From Auanema rhodensis (lineage: Eukaryota > Animalia > Nematoda), in contig OZ059896.1 in the NCBI GenBank assembly GCA_964057225.1, positions 6,200,001-6,264,000 on the forward strand: a stretch of DNA of 64,000 nt. The letters are read 5' to 3'. The notes under the pieces were generated by a model. It worked only from the letters and a program-made list of their open reading frames with translations, was not told the origin of the DNA and ran no database searches. This document shows, one piece after another, positions 37,901 through 50,498 of this stretch. A program made the position numbers and the translations under genes. Each line of letters begins with the position of its first letter. Positions within the stretch are counted from its first letter, which is position 1.

Positions 37901-40844
37901 TACAAATCTAAGTAAGCTTTTGAAATAGTTCTTCATACATTATGTACTCAGGTTTCCAAGGCAATGTAATGCTTTATATCTGTTATCTGCTGTGTATTTA
38001 TTAAGTGAAACTAGTTCAAACAGTGTATGAAAGTTGCTTGTAAGGAAAGCTATCATTTTTACTAAATTTAGGAAATGAAAGCTGATATCCGAGGAATAGC
38101 TTGCGGGCTGAATAGTTCAGTAGCTATCAGTTTTGACGATCGTTTGACTGTATGGGGTGATATAACTAATCAGCCTACCAAACAAGCTGAAATTGGAGGT
38201 TTAAAAATTTGAAATCAATTTCAAGATATCATATGTTTAGATATACCATTGAAATGTGCTCGAAAAACTGGCCTTCCAGAAACAGTAGCTTCGACTTTGA
38301 AGTCCAGCAAGCTATCTTTAGTGCTTAGCATGCTATTTAATGTTGTTAAGATACTGTTTTAGTTACCTCGATCAGTGTATATGGAGGGTAGGCCTCACAT
38401 TGTTGCCTGTGGAACTGAAAATGTAACTGTGTTGACTACAAATGGTTTTGATTTTTTCTTCTCTTTCTTTTCGATAAATACAAACGTATTCAGGTAAGCT
38501 TTATTCGTGGGGAAATAATAGATTTGGTCAGTGCGGAGTTGGTCATAAAAACTCTATCCTGGAGCCTCAAGTATAGTTTGTAACAATTTGAATTTTTAAA
38601 AATATATTGTTAAGCTCTTGGAAGGATCTTGGCCACCAATTACTAAGCTTTCAAGTGGCCAATATCATTGTGCTATTCTCTGCGAAGATGGTTCAGTTTG
38701 GACATGGGGGTGGGGTCTATATGGTCAACTTGGACAAGGCCCACGATGGATTTCTGATGTTGTAAGCCCGCGTAAAGTAGATTTGAAGTATGTTTGCAGT
38801 ATGATAATATATACATATATTTGTTTAGAGGGTATAGTATCATATCAGTTTCTTGTGGCCGTGCTCACACCTTATTGTTAACAGATGATGGAAAAATTTT
38901 AATGACAGGCACTTACTATTACTCCTTCTCTTTTTACCAACTGTAAAATAATCTAGGTAATGGATCTTATGGACAAACTGGATTGAATGAAGACGTAAAG
39001 AAAGTTTATCAATTCCAGCTGGTCAACGTTAGTGATACATCAGCGAAGGTTTCTAAAATACATTAAATAGCTTAATTTTAAATTTTACCCTTTTCAGTTT
39101 GTGAAAATTACTACTAAATTTTATCATTCAATAGCTGTTACTGATGACAATAAAATTTTTGAATGGGGCAAAAATCCACAAGAACTTAAAATGAAGATGT
39201 TCGTAATGAGACGATTGAAAAATACTAATAAAGGAAACTCTGAGGAAAGAGGAGTAGTTTTCATAAATGTCTTATACAGGTTATATCACTACATTTTAGC
39301 CATCAAATTTACCAATAGAAGTTCCCCGTGAAGGCCTAGGTTGGCGAGAAACCCAACATTTACTTGATGGCTCTATTGTTGAGATTTCCACTGGACTTTC
39401 TCATTCTGCAGTAATAACAGAAAGAGGGTCCCTCTTCACATGGGGAAAAGTTTGCTAATTTGTAGTTGATATTACTTCTACATTGATTTTAGGCGTTAGA
39501 TTACCAGTTGGGACATGGGAATAAAACTGAACGTAGTGAACCGCATCAAGTATTTGAGCCCACTGAGACGAAATGGAAGCATGTGGAATGTGGTATTGTA
39601 GCAATTCTCTATATTTGCTGTATGATCTTAGTATAGGTGGAAATCATATGATAGCCGTAAGTTGTGATGGAAGGTGCTTTGGTTGGGGTCGAAATGATAG
39701 AACTCAATGTGGAGTACCCTCGGATAAGATGTCTGCTGCACCTCGAAAATACTTTTATCAACCAAAGGTTCTTGACCACTCATCTAGTATAATCAATATT
39801 TTGTAGGAAGGCACAAAGCGATGTGTACAATTGCCTGATGATTCTGTGTTTGTTATCAAACCAGCACTTGTAGCCGATGTGCTTGTTAAGCTTCCTCATT
39901 CTGGAAATTCTGCTGCTATACTTGACCACGAGGAGATCTTCAGGCTATTGAAACAAACAGATTTGGTTGTACTTAAAGTCAGTTCATTTCATACTTATTT
40001 ACTCGAAAAATGTAGAAAAAAATGTTTTCAGTCTATATCCCGACATTTTGTTGAAGTAAAGTTGGGACCGCAGTTGTCGCATTCTATTCCTATTGCTTTA
40101 TGTCATTTACTTGCTGGAAACATAAGTTGTGCCATAGATCAAATAGGAAGAGCTGTAACAATTATAGGACTAGTAATATATTTACGTTATTCATATTGTT
40201 AATTTTATATTTAGAACGATTCAGTTTTGGCCATAACTGCGTTGGCGTGGGATATACTTGCCAATCACGAAGATGCTCAAACAAAGTCTTTGCTTGAAAA
40301 GGCTTTTAAAATTCTACCATTAACAAATGCTCAAAGAAATAGTTCCCAACTTCGCAATTTGTGGCCCAATGTATCATTGGTTTAATTTCAAGTTTTGTTT
40401 ATCTTTGTTTTTGAAGGTCTGGGAATCGAATGGTTGTCAACGCGACCTGACAGCAGATGAAAAGTTGAACATTCTTGAGTATTGGACCCCAGAGGTCACT
40501 AATATCAATAATGTCGAAGTAAGTTTGAACTTTAGTTTTTCTGTTTGTCATATTAAATCAAAAGTATTTCTGCTCATTGATCATATAATGTTTCCTATGC
40601 GCAGTGTAGGCACTTTCTAATTTATATCAATTTTTATTAATACTTGTGAATATTTTTCTATTCTTTTAATAGTAATCCTGTATAGATTCCAAGTTCATCA
40701 CTACGATCAGGATCAGCTAGAGTTCGCGTTTGGGTTCAGTGTGGTCACGTAGAACCAGCATCGGTTGGTCTAGTGCAAGAATGTAGTACATGTACAGATG
40801 AATGGCGGGAAAAAGTTGAGGCAACTTTGGGTCATACGGGATAG
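34910..40844 (+). CDS. glo-4: Large RCC1-repeat protein, GLO-4/Claret-like (putative Rab32/38-type GEF); exact start uncertain (34910-35154)
   Basis: Long spliced N-terminal region, then RCC1 repeats (IACGLNSS..VWG, YSWGNNRFGQCG, SSGQYH..WTWGWGLYGQLG, SCGRAH..GNGSYGQTG, STGLSHS..FTWGK, CGGNH..FGWGRNDRTQCG); C-terminal QCGH...CSTC; stop TAG 40842-40844. RCC1 call is firm; orthology is inferred from architecture. Confidence 0.7.
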
Positions 40845-42382
40845 AAGCTCAGGTTTTCTATATAATTGCTGTGCAACTTTTAGAAGGGTTAAATTTTATG
40901 AAATGTATATATTTTTAACTTAAAGTTTAATGTTGGTATTCTACTTATAACTTACATGTTCTCTAAATATAATATTCAAATGGATTGGTTTCTCTATTCT
41001 CTATATTATGCTTGATTTTCTCAATTAAAATCTTTAAGGTTATCTATGCTACGTTTTATAATATGCGCTTGTAGTTATGAGAAAATGATTGTCTTTCTCT
41101 CTTTTGGTATATTTTGTGCCTTATATTCATTGTCTCGTCATTGTGAATGATCTTCGTATGAGTTTTAGTTCTAACAGTTAACTTGTTCAAATTAAGTGGA
41201 AATGTAGATATATGCTATAAAAATAAAAAATTGCATTTATTCCTTGTGTACTACTTGTAAATAGAAAAGAAGTGTAACATGCGAAAATAGAAGACATCGG
41301 ACAATTAAAGTAAGAACTTCAGATAAAAGATTCTTGAGATAATTGTTCTAAAACTTTTTTAGCAATCGACCTAAATTTTGTTTTTTTTTTGTGGACAATT
41401 GTTTTCAGATGGTGTGTCGGTTACATATGTTGCAAGATGTTTCTCAAAAATTTCGTAACGATCTTATAAAGAGTTTAGTTTTATCAACTTAATGTTTTAC
41501 AATTCATTTAAAGATTTTTCATATTCAAAAATACTATTAATTCCTTTCATTTTATTATATGTTATTGCTCTATGAGCATTTAACATTAATACCTAATAGG
41601 CTTCAAACATTAGACAATGTTGGGGTTTCTCTCTATCTCTTTCCTCTCCTTTTCTCTATATCTCTCTCATGCCACTCTCTACAAATAGGAATTGTATATT
41701 TCAACTTTTACTCTTATTCTAAGTCTTTTCTACATTTCATAGTCATCTAATTATATATTAATTAGATTCGTGTCTGTATATCTTCATGTTTTATCGTTTA
41801 TTCTCTCTCCTTGAGCACATGAGATGAAAAGTAATTTTTCACTGAAATATACTATGTTTCGTACTGTCGTTTTGTTTCTCAGCATTATTTAACTTGAATG
41901 TGCAGTCAGAGTTAAGATATATTCGAACTTGTCGATTTTAATTCATTGGAGTAACATAACAAGAAGCTTATCATATAGTATAAACTTCGTGGTGCTCAAT
42001 GAAACGTTTTAGCTGTATCTCATTTTCATATTTGGCATGCAAATCTAATAAAGCAATTGTATATGTGTTCAATTGTTCTACATTTCTTTCATTTCATGCA
42101 TAATTTTTTTTCTATTTCTCCAGCATTATGTAATATTTTGATCATTTTCTATTATACATAAGATAATTCATAAACGGTTATGAGGGTACTAAAGATATGC
42201 ACCTCGTTTTTTTTAACAATTTGATGGTGAATTAAAAGTACGAAAATTTTTTACTAATACTCTTGGCTTTTCTTTAATATATCATAACTTCTATATAGTA
42301 TTTATTTCTAAATTAAATATATTTGAGGCTCGTGGTGAGTGCTATAAATAAACATTGTTTATCTAATCATTTTTATACAATA

Positions 42383-45329
42383 ATGAGATTAAATCCCTAT
42401 ATTTGGAAATTATCTGCTAAAGTACTAACTGTAAGTAGTTTTCAAAAGTTCTTTTATTATTCATTTCCGTTTTTATCAGGTTTTTGCTGTGTGCTTATCC
42501 GTGCTCGGTTTCATTTCCAATTATGATAAATATGACCACTACTCTGGGTGCTTCATTGATACTTCTTTAAAGTTTATGCAAGATACGGAAGAAAGTTCGG
42601 AAACCCTAACATTTCACCCCTTTGAAAACTCATGTCAATTTCCTTTCGTCAGTTTTTACGCAGATGATATAAAGGTCAAGGATTTCAGAAAATGAATCAT
42701 TTGTTTTAAAAACTTATGCAGGATAATCACATATTGAAGAATAAAAAAAACGTTATCGTTCACTTTTTTTATATATTTCTTTAAGGTTTGGAGACATTCA
42801 GAACGATTGAGAACGTTAAAATGTGATTCTGATAGACCATTGGCTACACAGGATGTTGAAGGATATCTGTATATTCATCCACATCTTGCTAATTATCCTA
42901 ATAAAACAGAAAGTAATGAATGCGAAGTATTATAAATTGGATTGAATTTTTGAAACAAAAATCTTTTAGATTGATATTATAGAAGGAGGACTGAGAAGTG
43001 CGATAACTGGAAAAGGAAAAGATAGCTTCGAGGTTGTGAAAACATTAACTGTATGTCGGGCTAATGAAGAAAGTAATTCTGCTTTTTTGAAACACAGGCA
43101 CTGACAAACGTTCGATTGTTGGTAAATGCCGATGCATTTATTGTTCGTTGTCGAGATCGCTCACAAAACCAAACTGTTTGGAGCAAAGCGTTTCCTGGAA
43201 TGTATCAGGATGAATATGAACCCAACACGGTAAATCTAAATATCTGCTGTAATACCACTTATGACAAAGTATTTCTATTTATTTTAAAAACAAATATTTA
43301 ATAGATACATGTTGTTCCTGATTTGGAATCATTCGACAACTACGGAGTAGAGCGACGTTCTGATTTTGAACATAAAAAGAAAAAAACCCAAAGATATTCA
43401 ATTGATGTTCTAGGGTTTGACTCTACTTCTAGATCAATGTTTTATCGTCAGTTACCCCGCACAGTTCAAACTATGAAGAGGCTTGGCTATCATATATTTC
43501 ATGGATATCATAAAGTAAGTAAAAACGTTAAAAAAATTTTTTTGCTAGTATATATTATTTTCTCTTCTTATATGAATATATTAAGGTGGGTGATAATTCT
43601 ATGGTTAACTTAGCTCCAATTTTTGTTGGTGATGTACCTGAAGCTATAGCTCAAAAAAAATTGGATGAAAGTGGAGATATAAACTCAGATTGGATTTTAC
43701 CCTCTGATAAACAACTCGATCCAACTAATTTAAGATTTCTATGGCAATATATGAAAAAAAGTAAAAGTTCCAGAAATATATGAAAAAAGATTAAATATAA
43801 ACAGAATATGGATGTAAAACAATGTTCAATGAGGACATATCTGTGAAATTCTTAGGTTTATTCACATATCCTAATAAAGAGTTTAAACCCGGTTTCACTT
43901 CTGCTCCAGCAGATCATTACTACAGAGCTTATTATTTGGCAGTTTATAACGTAATTTTAGTTTCATTAACTTTATAAATAGGGAAGAGTACCTCACTTCA
44001 GAATTGGAAGTATGGTCCATGTAAAGATGGCACCCAAATTCAGAGAGAATTTGTGGATTTATGGCAGCGGTTTGCCCATCAATACAAAGATATTTGTCAT
44101 TTTGGCTTCAGCTTCATCACCACGTAAGTTTTATAATCATCGTCAATTTTGTTATTTAAATCAAAAGTTTTAATTTATTAAAAACTGTAGATTAACACAT
44201 GAGACTGGCCTATATTTGGAACTTTTGGATGAACATATTTCATCACGCCTAGATCTTCTTCATGAAACTGGTTACATTTTAATTATGAAAACGAAGAAAT
44301 TTTGAAATTTTTCTTCAGGATCCTTAGACAAAGCTGTGTCTGTTTTATTGGGAGATCATGGAAATCGTATTGGTCTTGTTCAATACACTTATACAGGACG
44401 TATTGAAGAAAGAATGCCATTAATGGCTGTACGCCTGCCTTCTACATTTAAAACTTATTATCCCACACAATATTCAAACTTCTTAGAGAATAAATATAAA
44501 TTAACTAGGTAATTTTATATAATTATCATAAATAGAATAAATTAATAGTGAAGTAATTTTGAAGTAACTTTGACATTCATCAAATGCTGAAAGATGTAGT
44601 AGATATGAAGTTCGAATTAGGTCGAAAAAGATATGGCAGAGGTATTTCCTTGTTCGAGCAGATACCCAGTAATAGGTAAGCATCTTCTTTTATAACATAA
44701 GAATTTAATTCCGTTTTTTCAGAACATGTTTTGATGCCTATGTACCAGAAAACTTTTGTACATGTCAACAAGATATGAGAAATGTAACCAACCTTGTAAA
44801 TAAAATTACAATGAAATCAACTTTTCATATTAAAGCTGTATGTTTCCAAAAAAAAACCTATAAAACGCATTTGTATATTCTTTCAGCACTCATTATCAAT
44901 AATCAGACAATGGATATATAAGAAAAAGCTAGCAAAATGTATTGATCCCGGATCAATACATATTGAGGACAAAGTTCAGACCTTATCTGTCAATCCTTAT
45001 GTACGTCATGGATTACGATCTAAAGCAAACTTGACATTAAACCATGAAATTTTAAAAAAACCCAACAAATATGAAGTAAGCTCAGCTAAAATTTTAAAAT
45101 AATTTTGTATTTTTAGTATTTAAATCACAACGTTCATATTCGAGGAAAGATTATGGATCAATATGAAATTAAATTATTATTTCGAATAGATAATTATGTA
45201 ATTAATGATTCTTTCAATGTATCATTTGAACCAGCCATTATAGCATATGAAGATACCACCATATCATGCTCAGAAACTAAATCACTCATTGATCTCTGCA
45301 TCTGTATAAATAAAACCAAATCCAAATAA
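42383..45329 (+). CDS. DUF229 family (alkaline-phosphatase/sulfatase-like) protein with N-terminal membrane anchor
   Basis: SIDVLGFDSTSRSMFYRQLPRT, GYHKVGDNSMVNLAP, PADHYYRAY, LLGDHGNRIG, GRIEERMPL, PENFCTC; ends DLCICINKTKSK*. Confidence 0.9.
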
Positions 45330-45543
45330 AAAATGAAAATAAAGTGAATACAATTACAATTAAATTTCTGTTACGTATGTCATGCTTTTTCTTAGTTTTT
45401 CACATTTTAAAAAAAAAATTTATTTGATTAACTTGAATATTACTTGTATATAATAGAAAAAATTCAAATAAACTTTATTTATATGAAATTTTCTAATCGA
45501 ATAGTTACAAGCCATCGTTCTTAATGATATCAGCACTATATAA

Positions 45544-45645
45544 CACATGCAACAGATGGCACATTATGAGATCAGCAATCTGTTGTTATCCCTAAGCATC
45601 AGTTTTACTGGCAGCAATTGTCACATTTGCTATTTCCGATCTGTT
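45544..45645. promoter_or_regulatory. E-box cluster upstream of the Olig-family bHLH gene
   Basis: CACATG 45544, CAGATG 45553, CAATTG 45615, CATTTG 45624, and three AACAGAT/ATCTGTT copies (45551, 45578, 45639). Function is inferred. Confidence 0.4.
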
Positions 45646-46432
45646 CCAAATTGTAAAAACATTATGAAAACATGTATATACATATTATATGAATTTTTTG
45701 AAAATTAAATGACGAAATTTATTAAAAAGTTTGTTTGAAAACCAATGTTCATATTTCAAAGTGTAATAGAATTTGCTTGAGAAATTTTTGCTGAATATAA
45801 CCGAAAAATCCAGAGACATATAAATATAACATACGTAATCATAATTATTAGTATTCTGAAACGTCTGAATATGAAAATTTTTGTTAAAATTATTTACAGA
45901 ATTAAGGGGAATTTATGTATATATGTGACTGTTATCGCTTTCCTTTCCGGCCTTTGTTATTATAATCAGAAAGCTGTCTATTCATATTAGTCTTGACAAG
46001 TCATTTCTCATTCTAGCTTGTCATGAATTCTCTTTAGCATTCGTATCCTGACACCAGCCCCCAAAAGGCTTTTGGGATTACCGTACTCTTTGGAAAAGCA
46101 GAGGGCAGGCAGGCCTCCTCCTTTTCGATAGATTATCTTGCATACTTAACTATAATATCTCATTTGTGAATTCTCTTTTGATTTAATAATTTGCATTAGA
46201 ATATATTTATTAGAATTTCCATTTATTCATATCATTTGAAAATAGATTTCCGTATATACATCCTATTTTTCATTTATTATTTTAAGGAGAGAGAAATTTA
46301 TTTTTCTTTAAAATTTAAATCCTCAAATTTATTTGAGATTTTTACTACTCTTTCATGTCGAATTCCATTTTTTTTCTATGATCTCGTTTAAATTAATTAA
46401 TTAAATGTATTCCAGCTCTATTGTATATAATC

Positions 46433-46806
46433 ATGTCTAGAGATTTTGTAAACTCTGATGATGCTGGAGTTCGTTTATCAATCAACATGCGAGAAAGATG
46501 CCGTATGCATGATCTTAATGAAGCATTGGATGATTTGCGTACTGTAATTCCATATGCTCACGGCGGCTCGGTTCGTAAACTCAGCAAAATTGCTACTTTA
46601 CTCTTAGCAAAAAATCACATAATCATGCAGGTAAATAGGAATATAGATACTTCATACGGAATGTAGAAGCTACTGAATATTAAAATATTTTTTTAATAAA
46701 AAAAAAACTTTAGGCCAAAGCTATTGATGAATTACGACAAATGCTTTTGTCCTTGCAACAATCCCAACAGAGTCAAAAGAAAACTGAAAGTTCAAATGCT
46801 GAATGA
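46433..46806 (+). CDS. hlh-17: Olig/BETA3-family bHLH transcription factor (hlh-17/hlh-31/hlh-32-like), 2 exons
   Basis: [55 protein letters not shown]|AKAIDELRQ; stop TGA 46804-46806. The paralog assignment is uncertain. Confidence 0.9.
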
Positions 46807-47250
46807 TCAATTTATGATTCCAATTTTTATATTTGATTCTAGTTGATCTATGACGTGCTAAGGAACAGGGAGCAAGAAACTTACAAATTTCATGAAGCAT
46901 GATCTAACTAAAGAAGGAATATAAACAAAACTTTTTATTTAATGATAATATATTTGATATTCATATTGTTTGCACGTTCATTTAAAGATATTTTCAATTC
47001 TACTTTGGTCATTTATGGCACCGAGGACTATCACAGCAAAAAATAGAAATGTTATCGCTGAATTCTTAGTAATGGTCACAAACAAACTTCTGGATTTTTC
47101 TTATCATTCTACATTTACAATTTAATTATGTATAATATTTGTATGTCTTGCTTTTATTCTGATTTCCTTACTTTAGAGAGATTATGTGATTTATCTAGAT
47201 TCAAGTTTCATCTTAAAAATAAACTTTCCAAATAACCTTATTACTGTATA

Positions 47251-47891
47251 CAGTCCTGTGTGATGAAAGTCGGATACCCCTATGTTACAGGCCCCATATC
47301 ATATAGTTTATATTCAGTCAAAATATATGTTAATATAAATAAAACTGATTTAAATAATATTTCTAAATTTATAAGGAAAAATAGTGTTTTTTGACTATTT
47401 TGAATAATCTTTTTGATTTAACAAAATTTGAGATTAGGAAAGAAGTTAATTCATTAGAAATATTTTTAAATGATTCTGAGCACAAAGCTCGATCAATAAC
47501 TAAGTTTTTCCTATGGCATAGCTGCAAACAAGTAAGCTTCAGCATCTGAATCTTACTGAATATCTATGAATAGAACTTGGTTAACGTACAACCAAATTCT
47601 CCCGTTTAAAAGAAAAATTGACGTTTAGTGTACTCCTAACATTCTATAAAAAATTATTTCTGAAGTCTTGATGAAACTTCTGAAATTCAAGAAAGAAGAT
47701 TTCTAGCAGTTTATGAAAATTTCGGAGACTCCAGAAAATACTTTTAAACATGATTTTTTGATTCTTTTAATTTTTTCTAAATTCGTTATCATTTTTTAAC
47801 ACTCAAAATATATTTTTTCTGATTTTTTGTAGTTTGTCTGAGAAGGTATACGGGATTCTAAAAGTTGTCCGAGGTTTTTTGCACATGACTG
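47251..47891 (+). mobile_element. Decayed, internally deleted Tc1/mariner-superfamily DNA transposon
   Basis: TA on both flanks; degenerate TIRs CAGTCCTGTGTGATGAAAGTCGGA and (reverse complement) CAGTCATGTGCAAAAAACCTCGGA; transposase C-terminal relics LNLTEYL*IEL (~47546) and RRFLAVYENFGDSRKY (47694-47741). Confidence 0.72.
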
Positions 47892-48779
47892 TATACTATA
47901 TATATATATATATTATATTTTATATGTATGTGTATGTTTACATGGATAAATATAACTTGAATTTTATCGTGATTATATATCATAAAGAAAGCAGCTTTGT
48001 CAAAAAAATAACACGTTGACAATCATATGACTACTTTCTATTTCGTAGTAATATAGGTAAACCGGAAAAGGAAAAAGTTGCTTCATCAGCAACTTTTTAA
48101 AATGTTTCAAAAATAGCTCCTTGTGACTTTAATACTATATTAAGATAAACTTTAATAATCTTAATAATCGTTTTCATTATTTTTACTAGAATTGTAAAAA
48201 AATATGTTTTATCAAGAAAAATAATTATATTCACTTATCAATGAACAACCACACAAGTTTCACGGGTTTATTTAAGATGGATAGAAAAGAAGGAAGAATA
48301 ACAAATGAGACAGAGAGAAAGGTGCTAAAGGAGAAAAAGTACTGAAAGGATGATTGTTGAATCACATGAAACACATGAGTTATGGAGTAAAAACAATAGT
48401 TTCTAATAGAACAATTTATATAAGTTCATTTATATTCAACTGTAGCCACACACTACAATCAATGAAGATAAAGCTGTTTCATCAATCCCACACTATTCAT
48501 CTAAGAAAGAAAGAAAACGAAAAATAGAATAAGAGATCATCGAAAGAAAGAAAACATATGATAGAAAGCAAAGAATAAGGCAAAATGAGAGAGAACAAAG
48601 ATTTAAAAAAGAGGATTTTCAAATAAACTCCAAGTCAAATGAAGACTAAAGTTGTTTGTGTTACAGACAGTCAATAATCACTTGTGTACTTACATATTAC
48701 CTCAAATTCTCTATCTTTTGTCCCGTATAAGAAGTTTGATTGAGATGAGCTTAACGGAAAAATAAAGAAACATTACTGA

Positions 48780-48920
48780 AATACATAAGAACATAAGAGA
48801 GTACGAGAGAAAGAAGGAGAAAGAATAAGAATAAGTAATACGAGAAGAGAAAAGAAAAGGAGCGAGCAATTGGGATAAAGAGAGAACGAGAGAGAAGAAG
48901 AGAACTCGAGGAGGGATAAG
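48780..48920. repeat. Low-complexity GA-rich tract
   Basis: Degenerate gagaaagaaggagaaagaataaga... purine-rich run. Confidence 0.7.
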
Positions 48921-49873
48921 ATAGTAGATCATTAAGTGGAAGATCAAATAGTCAATATGATCTACATTAAAGAACCAGATAATGAAAAGAGCAAAATCAT
49001 ATTCATATTTGGTATCTGACTTTTTGAAAATTTAAACTACTATATAAGTCTAAAATATAAGTCCAAACAGAATGTTGGTTATATATATAATCATAAGCAT
49101 ATTTTTATTGACAAATTGATTATAAAAAAACAGAAAATAAAAATAAATAGTAAAGTATTATTATATAAGTTTGGAATTCTTAAATCTTAGCTCATCAACA
49201 ATTTTACTCAAAAATATAATAAAATGGAACTCATAGTTTTGTTCTTTAAATTTTAAATACTGATCTCAATAGTTTCACTAATGTTTATTAGAGTTAAATC
49301 TGTTTAACCTTTTTCTTGTGCTCTGTTTTTTCCCGTTTTTGAATTGTTTTATATTTTTCTTTGTGCTAGGTTAAGGAAGAAAAAGTTCCGAGATTGCAAG
49401 AAAGAATAATAGTTGGAATGGTGAAAAAAAATGTTTGTGTTGGAAGAAAAAATTGTTTGTGACTTTGAATCAAGCATAAAGTGAAAAAAAATTGTAGAGG
49501 TGTTGTTGATAAGAAAGTTAAAAGCTGAAGGATTTTTAGCAAATTGTTTGTTTATTCATTTGATTCATTTTCTATCAAACTATTGTCCAAAGTATTCAAA
49601 GTATTTCGTACTTTTTATCGAACTTGTAAGTTAGTTTTAGAAAATATTCTATAAATTATATAATACTGTTCTAAGATTTGTATTAAAACGTATTGTTTCA
49701 ATACCTAAAAACTTGATTGCATCTGTTTTCTTTTTTTTTCACATTTTTCTCTTATTTTTATCAGAAAAAATGGTTTATTGCACTCTTATCATTTTTAACT
49801 CGTAATGGCTATTTAGGTTTTTTTTATCATTTTATCTATAATAATATTTTACTTTTACAACTGTCCACTATGA

Positions 49874-49955
49874 CCTCTCACTCTCCCTCTCACTCTCTCT
49901 CTATTTCTCTCTCTCTTTCTCTCTATTTATTTTTCTCTCTTTCTCTCTCTCTATT

Positions 49956-50004
<49 letters not shown>
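49874..50004. repeat. Compound (CT)n microsatellite
   Basis: About 130 nt of interrupted ctctct runs. Confidence 0.95.
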
Positions 50005-50009
<5 letters not shown>

Positions 50010-50385
50010 CTATAATAAGATCCTGATCCTTCTTCGTAGTTATTGGGTTTCTATCATTTTTTCTAACCCTCGGATTTTCTTTCCGTTGCTATTCTTTTTA
50101 ATTTCCACATTTTTTGAACAAAATGAGGATATGCATATTAAAATGAATACAAAAATTAAAAATTGTACGAAAATAATACAAATGTAGCATTGTATACCAT
50201 TATATTATATTTAAAAGTTTTAAACTTCGTCTTATTGTAAAAAGCTTTTTAAACAAACTTATAATTAAATATCTTTTTTTACTAATAAGCCTTAATCTAC
50301 TATACATTCAAAGAAAGACTTTTAAGATCAAAATGTTAACTGGCAAACTGATTGTCAGAAGGAACAAAGTATCAACCCTGTTGTA

Positions 50386-50498
50386 TTATCTCACGTCATC
50401 GGCTTATCGTTTGGTGACAGAGGAAATATTGTGAGCACGAAAGCAACCAATCATTGATGATTGTCTGTAAAAGGGCGGAGCTTATACTTATTATAAAA
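50386..50498 (+). promoter_or_regulatory. Putative Pol II promoter module (GATA, CRE-like, CCAAT, GC box, TATA) upstream of glutamine synthetase
   Basis: TTATC 50386 and 50404, TCACGTCA 50391, CCAAT 50447, GGGCGGAG 50473, TATAAAA 50492, in canonical order. Confidence 0.5.

Noticed and set aside
45567-49790. miRNA seed-like words (TGAGATCA 45567, TATCACAG 47029, TATTGCAC ~49776)
   Set aside because: None lies on the arm of a credible pre-miRNA hairpin, and the similarity stops shortly after the seed.
48711-50187. ORFs 48711-48947 (-) and 49717-50187 (+)
   Set aside because: Produced by GA/CT low-complexity and microsatellite DNA.
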